Below are positions 29,627 through 38,410 of a DNA stretch of 64,000 nucleotides, piece after piece. Position 1 is the first letter of the stretch. Each line of letters starts with the position of its first letter. A program made the position numbers and the translations under genes. Under the pieces are notes generated by a model. The model searched no databases. It saw only the letters and a program-made list of their open reading frames with translations, and was not told where the DNA came from. The stretch spans positions 1,536,001 to 1,600,000 of the forward strand of contig JBMNLH010000001.1 in the NCBI GenBank assembly GCA_050952625.1, in the 5' to 3' direction. This DNA is from Bacillota bacterium (GTDB taxonomy: Bacteria; Bacillota; Ch66; Ch109).

Positions 29627-30808
29627 TCACCTCAATCCTATAAAGTTAACTGCTTTGACAGTGCCCGGCTCCCTTGCCGCTTGTTCAAGTTTGGTGAACA
29701 TCGCCTCAAACTCGTCCAATCGGATATCTCGCCCACCTAGTCCTCCAATGAAATTAAGGCCAGGTGGTCGGACCGCATGGTCATAAAGAGAAGCTTTAAT
29801 CTCGGTAAACAAGGCCCCTTCGTTACCGTAGGAATAGTTGCGGTCTAACACGCCAAAGGCTTTGGTTTTAGCCAGGACCCTAGCCACTTCCTGCGCTGGA
29901 AATGGCCGGAAGGAACGGACCTTAAGGACACCGACCTTCTTCCCCATGGCTCGTAGCTTTTGGGCGGCCACGCGGGCAGTGCCAGTAAAAGACCCCATCG
30001 TTACCAGGATATACTCCGCGTCATCACAGGAGTATTCTTTAATTAAACCGCCATGGTTGCGGCCGAATAGTTGCTCAAACTCAACCGCCAGATCCGTGAT
30101 TCTTTGCCGAGCAGCCTCCATCGCTGCCTGTTGGTGATACTTATACTCGGCAAAAACCTCAGGGGTAGCCCCAAAGCAAAAAGTAGTCGGGTTACTAAAA
30201 TCCACCGCATACTTGGCCTGGTAAGGCGGTAAATACGCCTGAACCTCTTCCGGCGCCGGCAGATCAACCAATTCTTCCGTATGAGAAAGAACAAAGCCAT
30301 CCAGGTTGACCATCACCGGAGTAAGCACAGCCGGGTCCTCAGCCAAGCGGTAGGCCTGCAAACAGGTATCAAAGGCCTCCTGGGCATTTTCCACAAAAAG
30401 TTGGATCCAGCCGGTATCGCGTTGGGAAATCGCATCCTGCTGGTCACCCCAAATAGTCCAGGGAGCTGCCATGCTGCGGTTGACCACTGGCATAACCATC
30501 GGAAATCGACTGCCGCTGACATAAGGGAGCATTTCGGCCATATACGCCAACCCCTGCGAGGAAGTAGCCGTGAAAACCCGGCACCCGGCGCAAGCCGCTC
30601 CGTAACAGGCGGATAGGGCCGCGTGTTCCGATTCGACACGAATGAAATCCGCATCCACTTCTCGATTGGCCACAAATTGAGAGATTTTTTCCACTATTGA
30701 AGATTGAGGGGTAATGGGGTAGGCGGCAATAACTTCCGGTTGAATATACTTGACAGCGTAAGCCACAGCGTGGTTACCACTTAAAAATTTGCGTTCGCGC
30801 ATTTTCAC
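29627..30808 (-). CDS. porA: 2-oxoacid:ferredoxin oxidoreductase alpha subunit
   Basis: AAYPITPQ, VESEH, TATSSQGL, GLGGRD. Confidence 0.9.
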   Translation of the reverse strand: MKMRERKFLSGNHAVAYAVKYIQPEVIAAYPITPQSSIVEKISQFVANREVDADFIRVESEHAALSACYGAACAGCRVFTATSSQGLAYMAEMLPYVSGSRFPMVMPVVNRSMAAPWTIWGDQQDAISQRDTGWIQLFVENAQEAFDTCLQAYRLAEDPAVLTPVMVNLDGFVLSHTEELVDLPAPEEVQAYLPPYQAKYAVDFSNPTTFCFGATPEVFAEYKYHQQAAMEAARQRITDLAVEFEQLFGRNHGGLIKEYSCDDAEYILVTMGSFTGTARVAAQKLRAMGKKVGVLKVRSFRPFPAQEVARVLAKTKAFGVLDRNYSYGNEGALFTEIKASLYDHAVRPPGLNFIGGLGGRDIRLDEFEAMFTKLEQAAREPGTVKAVNFIGLR

Positions 30809-31062
30809 CCCTCCTCTACCATATCGATCGCATCTTTACGACATTCCTTGGCACAAATCCCGCATCCCTTGCAAAACTCCAAATCAATCATGACTGCTTC
30901 TTCGCCCCTTTGCATCGCCCCATCGGGACAATACACCCAACAAAGCAGACAAAGATTGCACTTTTCATGGTCGACGACTGGTCGGAAAGTTCTCCAGGAG
31001 CCGGTGGTTATCGGTCGATTGGGATTGAGCAGATGGGGAGCGGATGGTAAGGCTTCAGTCAA
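30805..31062 (-). CDS. porD: 2-oxoacid:ferredoxin oxidoreductase delta subunit (2x[4Fe-4S])
   Basis: TGSWRTFRP, CNLCLLCWVYCP, CKGCGICAKEC. Confidence 0.9.
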   Translation of the reverse strand: MTEALPSAPHLLNPNRPITTGSWRTFRPVVDHEKCNLCLLCWVYCPDGAMQRGEEAVMIDLEFCKGCGICAKECRKDAIDMVEEG

Positions 31063-31634
31063 TGAAGATCCCCTCCTTGACGATAAATATGGGCTTCCTC
31101 ATAGGCCCGCCGGGCGGTAAGTTGGTTAATCTCTTCCTGGTTGCCGGGGAATAGCTCAGTAATCGCTTTGGCCAGGGATTCTAGGGTGACTAAGCCCGAA
31201 GCCCGACAAGCCGCCCCGACCATGGCGGTGTTGACAATAGGTTTGTGTAGGATTTCTAAAGCAATTCGGGTCGCATTGACGAGAATTACTTCGAAGTTGT
31301 CCGTAATCGCCTTGGTTTTAAATTCGGCCGGCATTTCACTGGCGTTAACCACAATCTTGCCGCCTGGCTTCAGTCCTTCGGTCACGTTAGTCAACTTGAT
31401 CAAGCTTTTATCCAGGATTACGACCATATTGGGTTCATAAATCTGACTCCGGTCCAGAATTGGGACCGAATCTACCTTAGTAAAGGATAATACGGGTGCT
31501 CCTCGGCGTTCCGCCCCAAAAGATGGAAATGACTGGGCAAAACTGTCCCCATACACGGAAGCGGCCAAGCCAAAGATTCTGGCCGCTGTCACCGCACCCT
31601 GACCACCTCGACCATGCCACCTGATCTGATACAA
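31059..31634 (-). CDS. porC: 2-oxoacid:ferredoxin oxidoreductase gamma subunit
   Basis: HGRGGQGAVTA, FGAERRGAPV. Confidence 0.9.
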   Translation of the reverse strand: MYQIRWHGRGGQGAVTAARIFGLAASVYGDSFAQSFPSFGAERRGAPVLSFTKVDSVPILDRSQIYEPNMVVILDKSLIKLTNVTEGLKPGGKIVVNASEMPAEFKTKAITDNFEVILVNATRIALEILHKPIVNTAMVGAACRASGLVTLESLAKAITELFPGNQEEINQLTARRAYEEAHIYRQGGDLH

Positions 31635-31669
31635 GTTGCCTCACCCCCTATTATTTATTGTGGGTCACG

Positions 31670-31688
31670 GGGACAGGTTAACTGTCCC
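31670..31688. repeat. REP-like palindrome GGGACAG-N6-TGTCCC (other copies at 23473-23491 and 61249-61267; variant near 36042-36067)
   Basis: The same palindrome recurs at gene ends; two copies share the flank CCCGGTTAA. Confidence 0.7.
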
Positions 31689-31703
31689 GGTTAACCAAAA
31701 ATT

Positions 31704-32354
31704 TTAAAAACCCAGGTCCTCATTGACGACTAAGACTCGGAAATCGCTGAGCCGGGGCTTTCGTTCCAGGATCACCGTGATGGCACAAATTCGGCCTGGA
31801 GACTTACAGTCAATGCAAAAACCGGTTTTCGCACAGGGTGTATCAATATTAAGTCTCTTGGCGGCTAATGGAGCGGCTAAAGCCTTAATTCTTTTTAGCC
31901 CTTCATCAACGTCGCCGACCAACTTATTCCGACCGACTACCAGAATTACCTTTTTGGGACCAAAAATCATCGAGGCAACCCGATTACCATTGCCATCAAT
32001 ACTGATGATGTTGCCGGTTAAGGTTACCGCGTTGGCACTGGCCAAAAATAAATCGGAGGTGAGTTGTCGCCGCATGACCGCCATTTTTTCTTCTGGGTTT
32101 AAGCCGGGCTGATTATGATCAAGCAATTCCTTGCCCATTGCGGCTAACTGCTCGTGAATTCCCAGGTCAACGACGGTTCGCGAACCACCAAAACCGATAG
32201 TGGCAGCTTCCGCCGCCTCTTGAAGAATGTAATTAACTGCTGCTTCTTTATTGGGGCAATAGACACTGGTAAATCTGTTTTTCTCCAGTGCTTTTACCGC
32301 TGCCTGGCATCTTTGTTCCTGACCCCAATCGCGTAATTCCTCAGTAAAACCCAA
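31704..32354 (-). CDS. LUD-domain (lactate utilization LutB/LutC-like) protein
   Basis: GFGGS, DLFLASANA, IDGNGNRVA, PCAKTGFCIDC...IC. Confidence 0.85.
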   Translation of the reverse strand: MGFTEELRDWGQEQRCQAAVKALEKNRFTSVYCPNKEAAVNYILQEAAEAATIGFGGSRTVVDLGIHEQLAAMGKELLDHNQPGLNPEEKMAVMRRQLTSDLFLASANAVTLTGNIISIDGNGNRVASMIFGPKKVILVVGRNKLVGDVDEGLKRIKALAAPLAAKRLNIDTPCAKTGFCIDCKSPGRICAITVILERKPRLSDFRVLVVNEDLGF

Positions 32355-32855
32355 CTGTTTTACCTCCTAAGCTTAGGGTTTATTTAAAATAATATCATAA
32401 AATCCCAAAAATAAGCTCGATTATTGTCGATTATGTTGCAAATTATCCAAACGTTTTAAAAACTACTTATTTTTTAAGCTATACCGTGGACGAGACTGTT
32501 GGTTAGACTGAAAAACTGGTACAATATGGGCAGACGAATAGGTTGCTACCTTAAATCAGCCCTTGAGACAGAGAGGACAGGGTTAAAGTGTCTCCTTCCA
32601 GTTAAGGTAAAGAAAACTTGGCTTACGCCAAGCCTTTGGCGCGGGCGGAAGCCTTAGTTGCCCTTACTGATAATCAGAAAGTCGCTTATACTTTCTGATT
32701 ATGGAATAGAACACAGGTTTGCTGTCTAGTCTATAAGCGGCGAGTGTTGAACTGTTTTCCACAGTCAAGTAAGGCCTTAAAAAAGACAAAGGATAGTAGA
32801 AATCTGGAAACTAGAGCGGTCAAATAAATGTTTTAGTTATGGGAGGTTATGGACT

Positions 32856-33641
32856 ATGCTAGACAGAGATATGTCCCATCAATTGGCCAACCGTCTATTG
32901 ACAGCAGAGCGGGCACGTGAACCGATTGCACCGATAACGGAAGAGATTGAGGATTTTAACACGGAGGATGCCTACCAAGTCCAATCGCACATCATTAACA
33001 CCAAAATAACCCGCAACAACTGCATTGCCGGCAAGAAGATCGGGCTGACCAGCCTCGCCGCGCAAAACCAGTTCGGGGTGTATGAACCAATTTACGGCAG
33101 CTTACTCAGTAATATGGAAGTCGCTGACGGCGGAATTATCCGGTTGGAGGAACTATTGCTACCCAAGGTAGAACCGGAAATCGCATTTATTCTGGGTAAA
33201 GACTTAACTGGTCCGGGAGTATCTGTGTGCGATGTGCTGCGGGCGACAGAGGCAGTGGTCCCGGCTCTGGAAATTGCGGACAGCCGCATCAAAGATTGGC
33301 GGATCAAGGTGCCAGACGCAGTAGCCGATAACTCTTCCAGTGCTCGGTTTATCCTGGGCGGGCAACTTACTCACGCAGCAGATCTTGATCTGAGGCTGAC
33401 CGGTTTGGTTTTTAAGAAGAACGGGGAGATTTTGGGAACCGCAGCCGGGGCCGCGGTGTTGGGTCATCCGGCTGCCGCTGTAGCCTGGTTGGTAAATAAA
33501 TTGGCCGAGCTCGAGCTCAGCCTGAAAGCAGGAGAAGTGGTCTTAGCCGGTGCCTTGACCGCCTCAGTTGCACCTAAAGCGGGAGATTACTTTGAGGCCT
33601 GTTTTGACCGATTAGATTCCGCCAGCGTCCGCTTTGCTTAG
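32856..33641 (+). CDS. 2-keto-4-pentenoate hydratase-like (FAH superfamily)
   Basis: GKKIGLTS, PKVEPEIAF, ALEIADSR, ADNSS, VLGHPA. Confidence 0.88.
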   Translation: MLDRDMSHQLANRLLTAERAREPIAPITEEIEDFNTEDAYQVQSHIINTKITRNNCIAGKKIGLTSLAAQNQFGVYEPIYGSLLSNMEVADGGIIRLEELLLPKVEPEIAFILGKDLTGPGVSVCDVLRATEAVVPALEIADSRIKDWRIKVPDAVADNSSSARFILGGQLTHAADLDLRLTGLVFKKNGEILGTAAGAAVLGHPAAAVAWLVNKLAELELSLKAGEVVLAGALTASVAPKAGDYFEACFDRLDSASVRFA

Positions 33642-33709
33642 GGGCAGGGGCAGAGGGACAGTAGGGGCGGATCTTTATCTGAAATCAAAAGACTCCCACT
33701 TCTATGAAG

Positions 33710-33791
33710 TGGGGGTTACCTTGTTTAAACTTCAGGTGGAGTAGAGTCTCCACCTGAAGCCTTGATGTTCAGCGAAGCTGAACGAGTTCAC
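33710..33791. repeat. Dispersed palindromic intergenic repeat, family B, copy 2
   Basis: Near-identical to 4041-4123; preceded by the hairpin CTCCCACTTC-TAT-GAAGTGGGGG. Confidence 0.9.
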
Positions 33792-33827
33792 CCCACAAAG
33801 AACCTTTTTCTGGAATAACAGCAGGGC

Positions 33828-35555
33828 TCATCCGTGATTATTCAGTTCATTTCTGCGCCGGATAAGTTCATGATATTCCCGATCAAGAGCCTGATAATCG
33901 GGCGCATCCGGTTTAATAAGACTTAATTCACTAAGCACCCGGGAAATCCTGGTTTCCAGCAGTAACTTTTCCTCATCGCTGCGCGCTTTTTCCCAATCTG
34001 GACCAGCTTCGAGATCGCGCTGCCTGTCCCGGTAACCTTCTAGATTACCCTCGATCCGCTTAATTTTACACTGATCAAAGACGAGCATCTGGCGGCAAAC
34101 CCGTTCCAGGAGATAACGGTCATGGGATATGAGAAGAATGGTTCCCGGAAATTGAACCAGGCTTTCCTCCAGGGCCTCGCGGCTGAAAATATCTAGGTGA
34201 TTGGTGGGCTCATCCAGAATGAGCAGATCATATTCGCCCATTATCGCCAGCCCGATCGCGATCTTCATTCTTTCTCCCCGGCTAAGCTCCCCGAGAGCAA
34301 CATGAAGCCGATCATAGGTTAGGCCTAGATTAATGAAAAGCTGAATCGTCCGCTTTTGCGTCTCAAGAGGCCATTGTCCTATTTTTTCTTTGAGACTCCC
34401 TTTTTCGCCTTGCGGCAGTTCCTGGCTTACGTAGGCTATTTTTGCTGCTTGACTCAAAAATACCTGCCCGGTATCCAGCCTTTCCTGACCCAGAATGTTC
34501 CTTACCAACGTCGTCTTGCCGCAGCCGTTTGGCCCAATGATGCCGACCTTTTCTCCCCGGTTTACATAAAACGAACTGTCCTTAAACAGCAGCAGCTCGC
34601 CGTAGCTCTTGCTGATATCTTCTGCTTGCAACAGACGTCGGCCACCCTTTTCCCAAGCCTGCAGGTTAAAGCTAACCGACACCTCTTTAGCCGGTCGCTC
34701 TATTCCCTTTTGACGCATCTTTTCCAGACGCTTAATCTGGGATTTTATCGCCTGGTCGCGTTTTTTCGCCTTCTTGCGGTAGTATTCCTTGCCCCCCTGC
34801 ATCCCTTGAGCTTTTTGGCGGGATTCGCGATGGGCTTTATCCGACCAGGTTTTTAATTGAGAAATGGCTGCTTCAATCTGCTTTTGTTGTTTCTGCTGGG
34901 CTTCATAGGTATGCTGCTGATTTTCACGTTCCTTCTGCTTGGCTGCCCGGTACGCGGTGTAATTGCCCGGATAGAGCCGAATCAGCCCCTTTTCAATTTC
35001 TGCTATCTGGGATACCGTCTGATCCAGGAAATAGCGATCGTGGGAAATGATAATTGCTGCTCCGCGGTAGCCGGCCAGTTCTGATACCAGGTAGTCTATT
35101 CCCTGATAATCCAGGTGGTTCGTTGGTTCGTCCAGGATAAGCAACTGCGGCTGGGAAGCCAAAACAGCCGCCAGGGCCAGCTTGGTTTTCTCACCGCCGC
35201 TTAAGGTTTGCAGTCGCTCCTCTGACCATTCCTTGACCGATCTAATTCCCAGGTGACTGGTCAAGCGCTGAAATTCCCCATTCACCCTGGATTCGTTGTT
35301 TAGTTCGTTAAGCAAAGGCTCCAATTGAGTTTCGCCCTGACGCAAGTAGCCGATATTGATTGTCTGACAGCTAGTAATAAGACTGCCCGCATCATGGTCG
35401 AGATAACCAGTTAAAATGTTGGCCAGAGTTGTTTTGCCGGTCCCATTGCGACCGACCAAGCCGATCCGATCCCCTAGGCCTATATCCAAAGCAACGCCAT
35501 TTAAAACGAGGCGATCGCCGAAACTTTTTTTAATATCCCGACAGCTTAAAAGCAT
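33828..35555 (-). CDS. vmlR: Ribosomal protection ABC-F protein, VmlR/CplR-like
   Basis: Two ABC domains and no TM segments; linker WSDKAHRES...KEYYRKKAKKRDQAIKSQIKRLEK and C-terminal EEKLLLETR resemble B. subtilis VmlR; GGAGG RBS at ATG 35555. Confidence 0.8.
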   Translation of the reverse strand: MLLSCRDIKKSFGDRLVLNGVALDIGLGDRIGLVGRNGTGKTTLANILTGYLDHDAGSLITSCQTINIGYLRQGETQLEPLLNELNNESRVNGEFQRLTSHLGIRSVKEWSEERLQTLSGGEKTKLALAAVLASQPQLLILDEPTNHLDYQGIDYLVSELAGYRGAAIIISHDRYFLDQTVSQIAEIEKGLIRLYPGNYTAYRAAKQKERENQQHTYEAQQKQQKQIEAAISQLKTWSDKAHRESRQKAQGMQGGKEYYRKKAKKRDQAIKSQIKRLEKMRQKGIERPAKEVSVSFNLQAWEKGGRRLLQAEDISKSYGELLLFKDSSFYVNRGEKVGIIGPNGCGKTTLVRNILGQERLDTGQVFLSQAAKIAYVSQELPQGEKGSLKEKIGQWPLETQKRTIQLFINLGLTYDRLHVALGELSRGERMKIAIGLAIMGEYDLLILDEPTNHLDIFSREALEESLVQFPGTILLISHDRYLLERVCRQMLVFDQCKIKRIEGNLEGYRDRQRDLEAGPDWEKARSDEEKLLLETRISRVLSELSLIKPDAPDYQALDREYHELIRRRNELNNHG

Positions 35556-35575
35556 TAAACCGACCTCCAATAAGC

Positions 35576-35755
35576 AAAAAGGACTGCAAGCAACACTCGT
35601 CACTCACAGCCCCTTCAAGCCAAATAAATTATTTAGCCACCCATACCCTATTCCAGTTTGGCGACTAAAGATTATTCCGATTTTCCGCACTTAGCGACTT
35701 TTGTAACAAGCGTTCTGGTCATACTTGGCTGAATGGCAGAATCATTAATTCTCCC
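35576..35755 (-). promoter_or_regulatory. Ribosome-dependent attenuator: uORF MILPFSQV (35719-35745) plus leader terminator (35576-35615)
   Basis: AGGGGAG RBS before ATG ATT CTG CCA TTC AGC CAA GTA TGA; long G:U-rich hairpin plus TTTTT just ahead of the ABC-F RBS. Confidence 0.75.
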
Positions 35756-36035
35756 CTTGACTCGCTCTCGATTCTCCCATAGCCCCGGATGTAGTTTAGT
35801 TAGGCCAGAATCCGCTTGCGCATTTCCTTTCTCCAATCTCGTTAGTAGTAATTTAAATTTAAATTATCTTAACATAAATTTAACATAAACTAAATGGGCT
35901 GGCAAACTTATTTGTTGCCAATTTAGCCCCGTGCCTGGATTCTTAAAAGGTGAAGCCCAGCAAAGGCAAACTAATTTGTTACCAGTTTAGCCTGCTAACC
36001 GAGTGAAAACACGAACGTAATTATTTTTTGAGTAC

Positions 36036-36824
36036 TTAACTTGTCCCACAACCGGAAGAACCGTCCCTCCGGCTGGTGTAGATCAATATGGCATCTCTGA
36101 GAAACTCAGCGGCCCCTGGTTGGACGGCATCATAATAGGCAGTAAATCTCTCATCATCAACATACATCTGGGCCAGACCAGCGTGGGCCTCTTTGGAATA
36201 GGTGGGCCAAAAATAACACAGCCATTGCCGATGCAGGTCCGCTGTTTGCTGGGCTAACGGTCCGGCCGGGTCACCGGTGGCCATTGCCGCCTTAAGCGTA
36301 TCCAGTACACTGGTGCTGAGTTTTTCCATCTCAACATACTGCTCCTCGGTCATACCATGTAATTTTTTATTTGATTGATCAACAACCTTGTCCCCATATT
36401 TAGCTCTGATTTCTTGGCCATATTTACGCTCATTCTCATCAATCAATTTTCGCTTGAAACCGGCAAATTTTTCTTGATCAGTCATCGTAATTCTCCCTTC
36501 TGTTAAGGCGATCGTCTTATCCACGTTGGCAATTAGTAGATCTAGTTGTTTTTTCTTGGCCAACAGTTTGGCGCGATGGTCTCGGAGGGCTTTAAGACTG
36601 TCAAAAGATGGATCCATGATGATCTCCTTGATCTGCTCCAAACCCACACCAAGTTCCCGGTAAAAAAGGATTTGCTGTAGCTGATCCACCTCGGCTTGAC
36701 CATATATCCGATACCCTGACGAGTTAATTCGGGCTGGCTTAAGCAGCCCAATTTCGTCGTAATACCGGAGGGTTCTGGTGCTGATGCCGGCTAGTTGGCC
36801 CAATTTTCGCACCGTATACTCCAC
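36036..36824 (-). CDS. MerR-family regulator with TipAS antibiotic-recognition domain (TipA/Mta-like)
   Basis: TLRYYDEIGLL...GYRIY, LQQILFYRELG; C-terminal LAQMYVDDERFTAYY. Confidence 0.92.
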   Translation of the reverse strand: MEYTVRKLGQLAGISTRTLRYYDEIGLLKPARINSSGYRIYGQAEVDQLQQILFYRELGVGLEQIKEIIMDPSFDSLKALRDHRAKLLAKKKQLDLLIANVDKTIALTEGRITMTDQEKFAGFKRKLIDENERKYGQEIRAKYGDKVVDQSNKKLHGMTEEQYVEMEKLSTSVLDTLKAAMATGDPAGPLAQQTADLHRQWLCYFWPTYSKEAHAGLAQMYVDDERFTAYYDAVQPGAAEFLRDAILIYTSRRDGSSGCGTS

Positions 36825-36846
36825 GCCATCACCCCCTGCTCAAACT

Positions 36847-36877
36847 AATATACACCTTAACGCAACGTTAAGGTCAA
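36847..36877 (-). promoter_or_regulatory. MerR-type promoter/operator
   Basis: TTGACC-N19-TATATT with the palindrome ACCTTAACG-N3-CGTTAAGGT in the long spacer. Confidence 0.88.
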
Positions 36878-37156
36878 TGGGATATTTTCTTAATAATCAC
36901 CCAGGCCCGTTAGGGATAATTGCTCCATATAGTTGATTTAATGGTTTAATTAGCATATTATGCATAAGGAGAGATTGTTATATAATTTGATTGGTATCGA
37001 ATTAGAAATTAGTTGTTGAAAAGCTAAAGGATGGTGATAAAATTTGTTATAATATATAATTAATTGTTTGAATATGTTGTGATATGTCAAAATAACATTT
37101 TACAAACTGGTGAAGCTGTTACATATTTTAAGCCAAATTTTTTTAGGGGTGATAAT

Positions 37157-38278
37157 ATGGCTAAATCTGTCATCGTTGCTTGTGATACCGGAAACGATAC
37201 TATTAAAGTAAAGGTAAATGATAAAATATACTATATTCCCAGTATTATGAAAATAAATCCCCGCCCAAGGTTAATTTTTGGCCAGGGCGATGAGGGACAC
37301 CCCATAGATTATTTAGATGTCACTGTTGAAAATGACAATGTATCCGGGAATTATCATATAGGAAATTTAGCCATGTTTGGAGTTAACCAGGAAAGCCTGG
37401 GAGGATTAAAATCAAATAACAAATTGCTTATGGTGTGTAGGATGACAGCTATCGCATATGCTCTGGCTATGGAATATCCGTTAGAAACTGACTTCGACTT
37501 ATACCTGGGTGTTGGATTACCAGTCAGAGAATTCTTCTGGCAGAATGAAAAAGGCGAATATGATTTTTCCAAAGTTGAAAAATATAAACACAGCATTGCC
37601 GGAATTCACAAAGTAAAGTTCAATACTAGCCTTATGAACTACAAAACAATAAACATTGCAATAGCACCGGATAATCTATCGGTTACCCCTGAGGGTTATT
37701 CTGCTTTAACCTCCATTTTAATGCATGAAAATATAGACCCAGAATTTGTCAGGTACTCAAGAAAAAATGCTATTTCCTTTTGCCTGGATATTGGATCTAT
37801 AAGCTGTGATGTATCGGCGATGATCAATGGAAAATATTTCGCCCCAGGGATGTTTGGGTTTGATATTGGCATGAGTACCGCTATAGATGAATTATGCGCT
37901 GGACTCCGTAATAGGACAGGTATTAAAGATATAACTAGATATGAGTTAAATACCTGTTTATTTGATAGAGATTTAATGGGAATATATAAGATTAGTAAAT
38001 ACAATTTTAATCTTAATAGAGAGAAGCTCCCTTATTACACAGCACTGGTGGATACGATAACCCATCGTTTTAAGGAAAAACTTAGGGAAAACGGAGTTGA
38101 TATTCGCCGGATTGATGTACTGTTCCTTGTCGGAGGCGGTAGTACTGAAGTAGGAGACATGATAATCGATGAATTAAAAGAAGATATACCTGAATTTGTA
38201 AACTTTCAGCCTGAAGAGGCAATAATCAAAAACCTGCTTGGTTATGAAATGGCTGCTAGAAAATTGGTAACAGAATAA
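37157..38278 (+). CDS. ParM/StbA-family actin-like ATPase
   Basis: Phosphate-1 CDTGNDTIK, VGLP, connect-1 TPEG, phosphate-2 LDIGSISCD, adenosine LVGGGS; AGGGG RBS. Confidence 0.88.
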   Translation: MAKSVIVACDTGNDTIKVKVNDKIYYIPSIMKINPRPRLIFGQGDEGHPIDYLDVTVENDNVSGNYHIGNLAMFGVNQESLGGLKSNNKLLMVCRMTAIAYALAMEYPLETDFDLYLGVGLPVREFFWQNEKGEYDFSKVEKYKHSIAGIHKVKFNTSLMNYKTINIAIAPDNLSVTPEGYSALTSILMHENIDPEFVRYSRKNAISFCLDIGSISCDVSAMINGKYFAPGMFGFDIGMSTAIDELCAGLRNRTGIKDITRYELNTCLFDRDLMGIYKISKYNFNLNREKLPYYTALVDTITHRFKEKLRENGVDIRRIDVLFLVGGGSTEVGDMIIDELKEDIPEFVNFQPEEAIIKNLLGYEMAARKLVTE

Positions 38279-38410
38279 CATTTCATTATATAAAGTAACC
38301 TGCTAAGCAAATGAAAATCAAGGATTAGCAGTTTATTAAGCTATTTAATATGGCTACACCCCTCTAGCTTATGACGAAAGAATTCCTGATTTTTAAGTGG
38401 GGATGATATC

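Noticed and set aside
35869-35889. Perfect XerD arm TTATGTTAAAT as the chromosomal dif site
   Set aside because: No XerC-like arm at 6-bp spacing; it overlaps a plausible TTGCCA-N17-TAAATT promoter for the ABC-F leader
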